Shown: piece by piece, positions 45,674 to 53,349 of the stretch
Layout of the letters: every line of letters starts with the position of its first letter
Position numbering within the stretch: position 1 is the first letter of the stretch
Position numbers and translations under genes: made by a program
Assembly: GCA_021818475.1 (NCBI GenBank)
Contig: JAKADZ010000002.1
Span: 536-64,535, forward strand
DNA: 64,000 bases
From: Nanobdellota archaeon
GTDB taxonomy: Archaea; Nanobdellota; Nanobdellia; Pacearchaeales; GW2011-AR1
Reading direction: 5' to 3'
Notes under the pieces: generated by a model
The model's database searches: none
What the model saw: only the letters and a program-made list of their open reading frames with translations
Told to the model about the DNA's origin: nothing

Positions 45674-46300
45674 TCATCCCAGCCACCTAATCTTTCCGGG
45701 TCTTGGTTCAAAGATTATTCCCTCTTCCAATAATCTTTTTATTTCAGAATTTATTATGTCAGGTGAAACTTCTCTCAAATCCATTATTATCTTATCCATT
45801 TCAATCCCCCCATCTTTCTCTGATTCTTTTATTATATCCAGTATTTTATCTTTAAGTGCGACAATCTGCTCCTTTGCTAAAGGTTTCATATTCCTGCTGT
45901 TTTCTTTTTCAATTTCAAGTTTTCTTATGAGCAAATATTTTGCATCCTGGGGTTTTATTATTTCAGGGGAAATGTAAGTTTCATTGTTAAAATTTCTCAA
46001 AACACCAATTACCAGGACAGTCTGACCCTGGGTAATTTCTCTGAATTTTCCTGCATCGTCTCCAAAGCATTTTAACTTAATCTGCCCGCTTCCGTCGTCT
46101 AATGTAAAAAAAATGTATTTTCTTTCACCGTCACTTTCATACTTATCAATTATGTTTCCGATGATATTAACTCTTACAACTTTTTTGTCTCTTAGCTCAA
46201 GAAAAGAAAATTTTTCCGCATCAAGAATAGGTTTACCTAGAAGAAGTTCCCCAATTCTTAATTTGTATGCAACATTTCGTTTGTATTGTTCATCGACCAT
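45674..46300 (-). CDS. RPA32/Stn1-like OB-fold protein with C-terminal winged helix
   Basis: OB pattern VVRVNIIGNII...FFTLDDGSGQIKLKCF...VLVIGVLRNF and a C-terminal wH-like segment; adjacent to mcm. Confidence 0.55.
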   Translation of the reverse strand: MVDEQYKRNVAYKLRIGELLLGKPILDAEKFSFLELRDKKVVRVNIIGNIIDKYESDGERKYIFFTLDDGSGQIKLKCFGDDAGKFREITQGQTVLVIGVLRNFNNETYISPEIIKPQDAKYLLIRKLEIEKENSRNMKPLAKEQIVALKDKILDIIKESEKDGGIEMDKIIMDLREVSPDIINSEIKRLLEEGIIFEPRPGKIRWLG

Positions 46301-46352
46301 TTTCTCTTTTAATAATTGAAAAAAATAAAAAGAGTTTTTAAAGATTTATGAA

Positions 46353-48542
46353 TTAATTTGTTCTCTGAACATAACCTCTCTTCGGGCTGAAAATTTCCCC
46401 CTGTGAACTGAGTCTGTTAATCGATTCTTCAATTTCCAATGAATCCATTTTCCCTTCAAGCTCTTTTTCAATTTCTTCTATTGGAATCATTTTGCCTATC
46501 CGATTTTCTAATTCAAGAATTATGTCTCTGACGCCGAGAATTTTTCCTCTTTGTGATGCAGAAAATTTGCCTGAAATTCTGTCGATATCAAAAGTTTTTG
46601 ATTCATAATCATAACCAACCTGCATCAGATAATATTTCATGAGTTCGATTGCTTTTCGGGCATCTTCTCCGGTTACTTTTTTGCTCAGTCTCATTTTAGC
46701 GCATGCTTCGGACATTCTGATTAATGCCTGCAGCTGTCTGGCGGAAATAGGAATAGGACGCAGTCCTCCTTCGGATGCAATAGGCTTGTTTCTGAGTTCA
46801 ACATAAAATTCTTTTATTTCTTTTATTGCTTCATCAGATAATTCAGGTCTTATTCTCTGTTTTGCATAAGCAACATATTTTCTGAATAATTCTCGCGGGA
46901 TAAGCATGCCTTCACCTTCCTGTCGGTGTTCATGCAGAACATGTTCTGCAATCTGTTCGTCCTTCATTCTGTCAGGGATATCCCTTAAAGTAAATATTAT
47001 ATCAAATCTGTTAATCAACGTTGGGGGCAAATCAATTTGCTGTGCAATAGGCTGTGAAGGATCGAAACGTCCGAATTTAGGATTTGCTGCAGCAAGAACA
47101 CTAGTTTCTGCTTTCAGGCTCGCCTGTACATTAGCTTTTGAAATTGTTACTGTCTGCTGTTCCATCGCTTCGTGCATCGCGCTTCTGTCATTAGGATCCA
47201 TTTTTTCAAGTTCATCAACGCAGACTAACCCTTTGTGCGCCAATACCATCGCTCCGGCCTCAAGACTCCATCCTTTAAGATATTCATCTCTTACAACAGT
47301 GGCAGTAAGTCCTGCGCCTGATGCAGATTTTCCGACGACATACCTTCCTTTGGGAGAAATATTAGCCATAAATCCTAAAGTAACCGACTTCGCTACTCCG
47401 GGATCTCCTATAAGAAGAATGTGAATGTCTCCTCTGTTTTTCTGTCCGTCTTTATGTGTTTTTTGAACACCGCTGAATAATTGCAGGACTAAAGATTTTT
47501 TTATTTCTTCATATCCCCAGATACTTGGTGTTACGCTTCTCGCCAGATTTTCAAAAAGCATAGGGTCCTGGGAAAGTTCCATAATTTGCCTTTCATCTTC
47601 GTCAGTAATATCAAGTTCTTCAAAAGTTTCTTCCATAGGAATAACATTATTTGCTTCAACAGCCAATTCGAACCTCGTTGACAAACCTCCTGTCTGAAGT
47701 GGGATGGGAACTTCTTTCAAAACCCCGATAACTTTTATTCTGCTTCCGGGAGTCGTTTTCTCTTCCATCTTCGGTTCAACTAAATCTTCTTTTACAAAAA
47801 CATTCATCCTCTTAGGCTGTTCTCCTCCTGTTAAAGATTCAGGTGCTTCTTCGACAACTAATCTCTGAGTATCAACCATTTCTTTGCTTAATAATTTAAA
47901 TCCTGCTCTTCTTCCGCATGAGCATCTTGAAGGTTCCCTGAATTTTTTTTCGATTTGCAGGACAGACATTACTGTTCCGCACGAAGGGCATTCAAATTTG
48001 GCATTTACAACCTGAGGACGTACGTCAGAAGCCTGTCTTATTATTCCCTCAATTACAATCATCTCGTTTAAGTTTCTGGAACGAATGTTTCTCACTTTCA
48101 TCTCAAGCGACTTAGGAACATTAACTAATCTGACTCTCGCATTATGTATCATTCCTGTCTCTTCAACAGCTAATTCAATAAGCTCCAGAGTTTCCTCAGG
48201 ATTTGATATTATTTCCTCAGAAAGTCTGTTTGAAAATTCTGTGAGGTTAATAAAATCCAAACTAACAACATTAGAACCCTTTCTGACTGATTTCCCCATT
48301 TCTTTTTTGTAGAAATCGAAAAATTTTTTTGCTTCAATTAATAATTCTTCTCTCTTTGAAGATTCCCCTTTATTTTTATTATAATCAGAAGAATAATTCT
48401 GTTTTGAAACAGGTTCAGAACTTTCAACTCTCCCAGTTCCAGACTCCGCTTGCATATCACTGTCCTCACCTCCGCGAAATCGCTCATCCTCGCCGATTTC
48501 TGAAGCAAAATTATCAAACTCTCTATCTTCCCCGAATCCCAT
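46353..48542 (-). CDS. mcm: MCM replicative helicase
   Basis: Zn motif CPSCG...CSCG, Walker A GDPGVAKS, Walker B CVDELEKM, Arg finger NRFDIIF; no intein. Confidence 0.9.
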   Translation of the reverse strand: MGFGEDREFDNFASEIGEDERFRGGEDSDMQAESGTGRVESSEPVSKQNYSSDYNKNKGESSKREELLIEAKKFFDFYKKEMGKSVRKGSNVVSLDFINLTEFSNRLSEEIISNPEETLELIELAVEETGMIHNARVRLVNVPKSLEMKVRNIRSRNLNEMIVIEGIIRQASDVRPQVVNAKFECPSCGTVMSVLQIEKKFREPSRCSCGRRAGFKLLSKEMVDTQRLVVEEAPESLTGGEQPKRMNVFVKEDLVEPKMEEKTTPGSRIKVIGVLKEVPIPLQTGGLSTRFELAVEANNVIPMEETFEELDITDEDERQIMELSQDPMLFENLARSVTPSIWGYEEIKKSLVLQLFSGVQKTHKDGQKNRGDIHILLIGDPGVAKSVTLGFMANISPKGRYVVGKSASGAGLTATVVRDEYLKGWSLEAGAMVLAHKGLVCVDELEKMDPNDRSAMHEAMEQQTVTISKANVQASLKAETSVLAAANPKFGRFDPSQPIAQQIDLPPTLINRFDIIFTLRDIPDRMKDEQIAEHVLHEHRQEGEGMLIPRELFRKYVAYAKQRIRPELSDEAIKEIKEFYVELRNKPIASEGGLRPIPISARQLQALIRMSEACAKMRLSKKVTGEDARKAIELMKYYLMQVGYDYESKTFDIDRISGKFSASQRGKILGVRDIILELENRIGKMIPIEEIEKELEGKMDSLEIEESINRLSSQGEIFSPKRGYVQRTN

Positions 48543-48623
48543 ATTTAAAAAAATAACAACCTGTTTATATTGATTTCTATAATATTAAAGAAAGATAAAA
48601 GAGATTATAAAAATAAAAAAAAT

Positions 48624-48863
48624 TTAATCTCTTTTTAAAACTCTGATAAATAACAAAACTGCTACCAAAGCAGTTGCTAATCCCATTATAACATCAACAA
48701 CTCTTGCAACAGCCACATCATTGAAAAGCTGTGTAAAACTAGCCAAAAATATTCCGACAGTCATTCCTGTAACTCCCCAAATAAAAGCAAAAGCTATCAT
48801 AAGGATTAATACAACTTTTACGAATGCATTTGGAATAAATTCAGCTTCACCTTTTTGATTCAT
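48624..48863 (-). CDS. small two-TM membrane protein (79 aa)
   Basis: Last gene of the co-directional surface cluster. Confidence 0.45.
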   Translation of the reverse strand: MNQKGEAEFIPNAFVKVVLILMIAFAFIWGVTGMTVGIFLASFTQLFNDVAVARVVDVIMGLATALVAVLLFIRVLKRD

Positions 48864-48885
48864 TTTTTACCTCCTTTTTGATAGT

Positions 48886-50874
48886 TTATAATTTATTATG
48901 CACTAAAATATTATCTGCATAATAATAATGATAATTATCTATTTCCAGATTATAAGTAATTTGGGGGTCATAAACTTTTTTAATACTTGTAATGATAACC
49001 TTTTCTCCAGAAGAATTGATTAAATAATCACCAACTTTAGCATTTCCGATTTCAGTAAGATGACCATTAACAATTATTGGATGATTAGGAGTTACTTCCA
49101 AATATCCATTAATTAATAGATAGTAATTTCCCATTTCATAAGGATTATGTTCAAATGTCTTTGAAACCCTTGAAATTACTTGTTTCTTAGTTAATTCATT
49201 ATAACTTACAACTTTATCCCCTACTTTTACATCTTCAATATTTTTCAAACTGCCATCTGCCATTAATACTTTAGTTCCAGCTAAGAAACAAGCTTGCACT
49301 CCAACAACATAAGCTTGACTATATTGAATTCCCCCGTTTCCTTTCTTTCCAGTACCAACACTTACCGTAGGATCAGGTGTGGTTGGGGTAGTAGTAGCAG
49401 AAGAGATTAAATTGGATTCGTAACTAGTTGGAACAGTGATAGCTGGAAGGACAACCCCCCCTAATGAAGCACCAGCCTGACTATTTAAAGAAGCATATGT
49501 AGTTGCATCAACTGAAGTATATTGTATGGTTCCATCAGGATTAGTACCTGTTGCTACCAGATATAGAGGGGATGAAACTGTAGTAGGACTTGTAGTAGTC
49601 GTGGTAGTCGTGGTAGTCGTGGTAGTCGTAGTAGTTGATGGAGTGGTGGAAGTTGCTGGAGTTGATGAAATACCTGTAGAACCTGGTGCAGCATTACATC
49701 CTGGTCCAGAAGTACAACCTTGATTAACTATTGGAGTATAGACAGTAACTACTTGTGGCGGGGTGTAGGATGGAATAACCAAAGGAGTTAGGGCGATAGT
49801 TGGTGTAGCAGAAGGTAGAATAGGGTCAATTAAGCCGACAGAGGGTAATTCAGAAATTGGAGTCGGAATAAATCCTGGTGTAGGCTGACCCCCGTAAGGA
49901 TTTACATAACCATAACTAGGGGTAGTAGTACTAACAGCAGGAAGGATAGCTCCATGAGGGGAATTTGTTCCTCCAGTTTGTGAAGAAGAGGGATTGTAGC
50001 AACCAGCTCCCAAATAACATGCTTTAACTGTTCCGGGAGTTGGGTCTCCAAAAAAATTATTATTACATGGAGCAGAAGGAGAAGTAGCAACTATTGTATT
50101 AAAATTATTATTCGCGCCGTATGAAACAAACCATGTTCCTGAAGGAATATTACAGGTTCCCCCCTCATCTGCGCATTTTGTGCATCCTGAAACCTGAATA
50201 TCACAAGGTGAATGAGACACATTCGGAGCAAATGTTATAGCAGCAAGAAATTCTCCTGAACTCCCAAGAGGAATAAAATAATCATTGTTAGGGTTAGAAT
50301 TATGCAGTTGGTAACAAACAGAATTCATCATAATTTTATTAGAATAATCCTGTGGTTTGAGTTCATAACAAAGCCCTCGAATTCCTGCTTTTTGACATTG
50401 AGCTTCAGTTCTAAAACCAGAACCGTGAATTGGGAGATGCACATCAGAATTGGGAGTAACAACTATTGAAGAAGTTACATCATTAAAATTATTATTGACA
50501 AAACAATCATCATTGGAAGATAAAGTCAGGAGATTTCCCTGAAAATTATCATCCGAATATAACTCAACAGTATAACCTGAACTAACTTTAATTGAAGATA
50601 AATCATTATCTTTTATTCCCAAAGCCTGCAACTGACTGAGAGAATAAGCTCCCGGATATAATCCAACCGAATATCCCCCATAACTACAGTCCTGATAAAC
50701 TGTTACAGGAGCTAATATAGATGTAACTGAAGTTGTAGTAGTTGAAGTTGAAGTTGACTTATCAACATTAGACCCAGGAGTAACTCCAGCAGCAGGAGAT
50801 ATAGCCAAAGGAACTAAAAAAAATAAGAATACAAAGCTGATAACTAAAACAGGCAGTATTTTTTGATTGTTCAT
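48886..50874 (-). CDS. secreted protein: signal peptide, beta-gamma-crystallin-like domain, Cys-rich region, S/T/P linker with Thr15 run, C-terminal Hint (intein-like) domain
   Basis: Hint at 48889-49290: CFLAGTKVLMADG (block A), TPNHP (block B), terminal ILVHN followed only by KL. Crystallin-like region: YQDCSYGGYS...DLSSIKV...LYSDDNFQG...VTSSIVV. Confidence 0.75.
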   Translation of the reverse strand: MNNQKILPVLVISFVFLFFLVPLAISPAAGVTPGSNVDKSTSTSTTTTSVTSILAPVTVYQDCSYGGYSVGLYPGAYSLSQLQALGIKDNDLSSIKVSSGYTVELYSDDNFQGNLLTLSSNDDCFVNNNFNDVTSSIVVTPNSDVHLPIHGSGFRTEAQCQKAGIRGLCYELKPQDYSNKIMMNSVCYQLHNSNPNNDYFIPLGSSGEFLAAITFAPNVSHSPCDIQVSGCTKCADEGGTCNIPSGTWFVSYGANNNFNTIVATSPSAPCNNNFFGDPTPGTVKACYLGAGCYNPSSSQTGGTNSPHGAILPAVSTTTPSYGYVNPYGGQPTPGFIPTPISELPSVGLIDPILPSATPTIALTPLVIPSYTPPQVVTVYTPIVNQGCTSGPGCNAAPGSTGISSTPATSTTPSTTTTTTTTTTTTTTTSPTTVSSPLYLVATGTNPDGTIQYTSVDATTYASLNSQAGASLGGVVLPAITVPTSYESNLISSATTTPTTPDPTVSVGTGKKGNGGIQYSQAYVVGVQACFLAGTKVLMADGSLKNIEDVKVGDKVVSYNELTKKQVISRVSKTFEHNPYEMGNYYLLINGYLEVTPNHPIIVNGHLTEIGNAKVGDYLINSSGEKVIITSIKKVYDPQITYNLEIDNYHYYYADNILVHNKL

Positions 50875-50875
50875 T

Positions 50876-51565
50876 TTATCCGCATTTAACCTTTAAATCA
50901 TCAATTTCTTTTTGTTGCTCTTTTATAGCTTCAACCAAAACTCCGACGAGATTTCCATATTCAACAGATTTTAATCCGGTAACTTCATTGGTTGAAACTA
51001 ATTGAGGATAAACTTTTTCAACATCTTGAGCAATTAAACCCACATCTGCTCTTCCGTCGGATTTCCAGTTAAATGAAACTCCCTGAAGTTGCTCTACTTT
51101 AGATAATGCATCCTGAAGTTCACTGATGTTAGTTTTTAATGATCTGTCTGAAGTATAAAGAAAAGCAGTGCCTGATATGTAATTAGCAGAAAGATTTCCG
51201 CCTATTGCAACATTTCCATTTATACTGGTAAGCAAATTCTTGCTCCAGTCAGTAGGTGCAATCAAAAGTTGTGTTCCTGTTTTAGGTTCAATATAAATTT
51301 GACCAGTTGGATTGTATAAACCCCACATTTCTAATTTTGTCTGTCCATAAGTTGAAGAGGAACCTGGGCAGGTTGAAGCGTCACATGTAGAAAATAATTC
51401 CTGATTAACACCTGCACTAAAATCAATTTGAGCCGCAGAATGTCCCGGATTTGGAACAGCTGCATAAACTCCTGCTGCAACTAATGCAATAATTCCCAAA
51501 GTAATTAAAAAGTAAATAGCTTTATTAGACAAACTAGTCTTTTTTAACCCCTTTTTATTCACCAT
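50876..51565 (-). CDS. signal-anchored protein with C-terminal peptidase-S74 (intramolecular chaperone) domain
   Basis: YTSDRSLKTNI (Ser-Lys dyad context), GVSFNWK, VGLIAQDVEKVYPQLV, VEYGNLVGVLVEAIKEQQKEIDDL. Confidence 0.7.
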   Translation of the reverse strand: MVNKKGLKKTSLSNKAIYFLITLGIIALVAAGVYAAVPNPGHSAAQIDFSAGVNQELFSTCDASTCPGSSSTYGQTKLEMWGLYNPTGQIYIEPKTGTQLLIAPTDWSKNLLTSINGNVAIGGNLSANYISGTAFLYTSDRSLKTNISELQDALSKVEQLQGVSFNWKSDGRADVGLIAQDVEKVYPQLVSTNEVTGLKSVEYGNLVGVLVEAIKEQQKEIDDLKVKCG

Positions 51566-51616
51566 ATCGAATATAAGAATGAAGGGTTTTTAAATATTTT
51601 TATTATTTTAAGAAAA

Positions 51617-52147
51617 TTAATTGAATTCTGTTTTCTTTTTCAGTTTTCTGAGGAGAAAAATTAAAATTACAATTAATAACAATGGAAGGAAATAAAAAAT
51701 TTTTCCGTATGAAATTTCGTCTGTTGTTTTTCCTGTTAAAGATAAAAATTTTTCTCCGTTGACATTCAGTTCAATCCATGCTCCAATTCCATATGAAGAA
51801 TTATTTAATTTGTACATCAAAGCACCATAATAATTCCCGCTGTTTTTTGAAGAAATGCAGATGGGATAAGTTCCTGATTTTATTTCTGAAGGAATCTGCG
51901 GATAAATCCCAAGGCTGTCCGAGGAAATTTTATAATCAATCAAATTTTTGCTGTTTTCATTGCTCCATTTTATTTCCCCGTTGAAAATGCGGTAATCATC
52001 TCCCAAAAGGGTAAAATTCCTGCAGACGATTTCATTTGTTTTTTCAGAAATTTTTATTGTTCCTGGGGAAATACCAAGAGTTAATGCAGAAAAAAAGTGA
52101 AGGAAAAAAATTATTAAAATAAAAGCGAAGAAAAATATTTTTTTCAT
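51617..52147 (-). CDS. secreted protein with C-terminal TM anchor (176 aa)
   Basis: Signal peptide, beta-rich body, terminal hydrophobic helix plus KKK. Confidence 0.5.
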   Translation of the reverse strand: MKKIFFFAFILIIFFLHFFSALTLGISPGTIKISEKTNEIVCRNFTLLGDDYRIFNGEIKWSNENSKNLIDYKISSDSLGIYPQIPSEIKSGTYPICISSKNSGNYYGALMYKLNNSSYGIGAWIELNVNGEKFLSLTGKTTDEISYGKIFYFLPLLLIVILIFLLRKLKKKTEFN

Positions 52148-52185
52148 CTAATCAGTTTTTTGAATTAATATTTAAAAATTTAGAT

Positions 52186-52692
52186 TCATGCAGGCATGAC
52201 CCAGAGAATTAAGTTTGTTGAAAGGTTTAATCCACTGGTTATTGTATCAGGGTAATCCGTCAAATCAAGTTTAATGCAGGAATTATATTGATCACCATCT
52301 CCTCCCCTGTAAGTGGTTGGGGGATTTAAAGTCGAAGAAGTCAAATTATGACTGCGATAATAAGTAACATTATGCCAGGTAGAACAATCATCATCTGTAG
52401 CAAATTCGAGATAATCAAAGATTTTATCTGCATTTTCTTCTAAAATCGGGCTCAGTTTTAAGTCTAAATCCCCGACATTTTTAATAGTGATATTTTTTGA
52501 AATAGTTTCGTAACCTGCAGTTGTTTCCCCAAGATTAATATTATTCGGAAAAATTTCTATCATCGCAGTTGGCTGGGAAATATTAACTGAAACTGTTAAA
52601 CTTGAATTGGTATATGTATCAGCGCTTCCGGATGAGCAAAAGTAAGTCATAGAGAAGAGTAAGAAAAAAATCACAACCCCTTTTTTATTCAT
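52186..52692 (-). CDS. secreted protein (168 aa)
   Basis: Signal peptide; ITIKNVGDLDLKL beta-sandwich-like pattern. Confidence 0.5.
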   Translation of the reverse strand: MNKKGVVIFFLLFSMTYFCSSGSADTYTNSSLTVSVNISQPTAMIEIFPNNINLGETTAGYETISKNITIKNVGDLDLKLSPILEENADKIFDYLEFATDDDCSTWHNVTYYRSHNLTSSTLNPPTTYRGGDGDQYNSCIKLDLTDYPDTITSGLNLSTNLILWVMPA

Positions 52693-52745
52693 TAAAAAAA
52701 ATTAGTAATAATTATTTTTAAATTTTATTGCAGAAAAAAATAGAC

Positions 52746-53306
52746 TTATTGCTGGTAATTTTTCAAAGCTTCCTTAACATTTTTCAGAAGCTGAGTCATG
52801 CTGTTTTCAAGCTGTTCCTTATTTTTTGTTCCTGTGCAGACAAGTTTCCCGTTGCTGAAAAGAAGGAATGTTGCATTTGGTTCAATTAATTTGTAAACTA
52901 AACCGGGGAATTGTTCAGGTTCATATTCTGTATTTTGCATTTCTAAAGCCAAAAAATTAAGGTTCAATTTTAAATTGATTGTCCCTGAAGCCACAATATT
53001 CTGAACAGTTATTTTTGGTTTAGTGGTAATTTTAACATTTATTTTTTTCAGTTGTTTTATAACCGCATCAATAACCTGTCTTACCTGAAGGATTGATTTC
53101 GTCCCTGTGCAGACTAAATTTCCCGAAGAGAAAACAAGAACAGCTGACTTTGGTTCTTTAATTCTCAAAACTAAGCCTGGAAAAGTTTCAGGATTATATT
53201 CAGTATTCGGCTGTGTTCTTGCCAATTTAGTCAGTGGAACAGGTTTCCCAAGAGAAGCAGTAGCGACGATATTTTGAATTTTGTAATTGCTTGCTGAAGT
53301 AGCCAT
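52746..53306 (-). CDS. tbp: TATA-box binding protein
   Basis: Two direct repeats (IQNIVATASL... and VQNIVASGTI...), each with FPGLV...LVF/LLFSxGKLVCTG. Confidence 0.9.
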   Translation of the reverse strand: MATSASNYKIQNIVATASLGKPVPLTKLARTQPNTEYNPETFPGLVLRIKEPKSAVLVFSSGNLVCTGTKSILQVRQVIDAVIKQLKKINVKITTKPKITVQNIVASGTINLKLNLNFLALEMQNTEYEPEQFPGLVYKLIEPNATFLLFSNGKLVCTGTKNKEQLENSMTQLLKNVKEALKNYQQ

Positions 53307-53349
53307 GAATATAATTAGAAAAATTCCTTTATAAAGCTATTTAAAAGCC

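Noticed and set aside
46906-47424. Long antisense ORFs inside well-supported genes (46906-47424 in mcm, 6758-7267 in pheT, 18014-18511 in nth, 59648-60124, 61115-61552, 15860-16282, 4629-5045, 34533-34856 and others)
   Set aside because: Each lies wholly within a gene with strong family motifs on the other strand. Their products are low-complexity Ser/Phe/Leu/Ile-rich, as expected for antisense frames of AT-rich coding DNA.
46353-48542. Checked MCM, PolB, RFC and ligase for inteins, because a Hint domain is present nearby
   Set aside because: All four have uninterrupted catalytic motifs and normal lengths. The only Hint-like sequence is the C-terminal module of the secreted 662-aa protein.
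49526-49723. 65-aa plus-strand ORF with a poly-Val run
   Set aside because: It is the antisense reading of the poly-Thr repeat inside the 662-aa secreted protein gene.
48624-52692. A provirus or tail-fibre remnant, suggested by the peptidase-S74 domain
   Set aside because: No capsid, portal, terminase, integrase or other viral hallmark genes are adjacent. The flanks are mcm and tbp. It is kept as a cellular surface cluster, but it cannot be excluded without homology searches.
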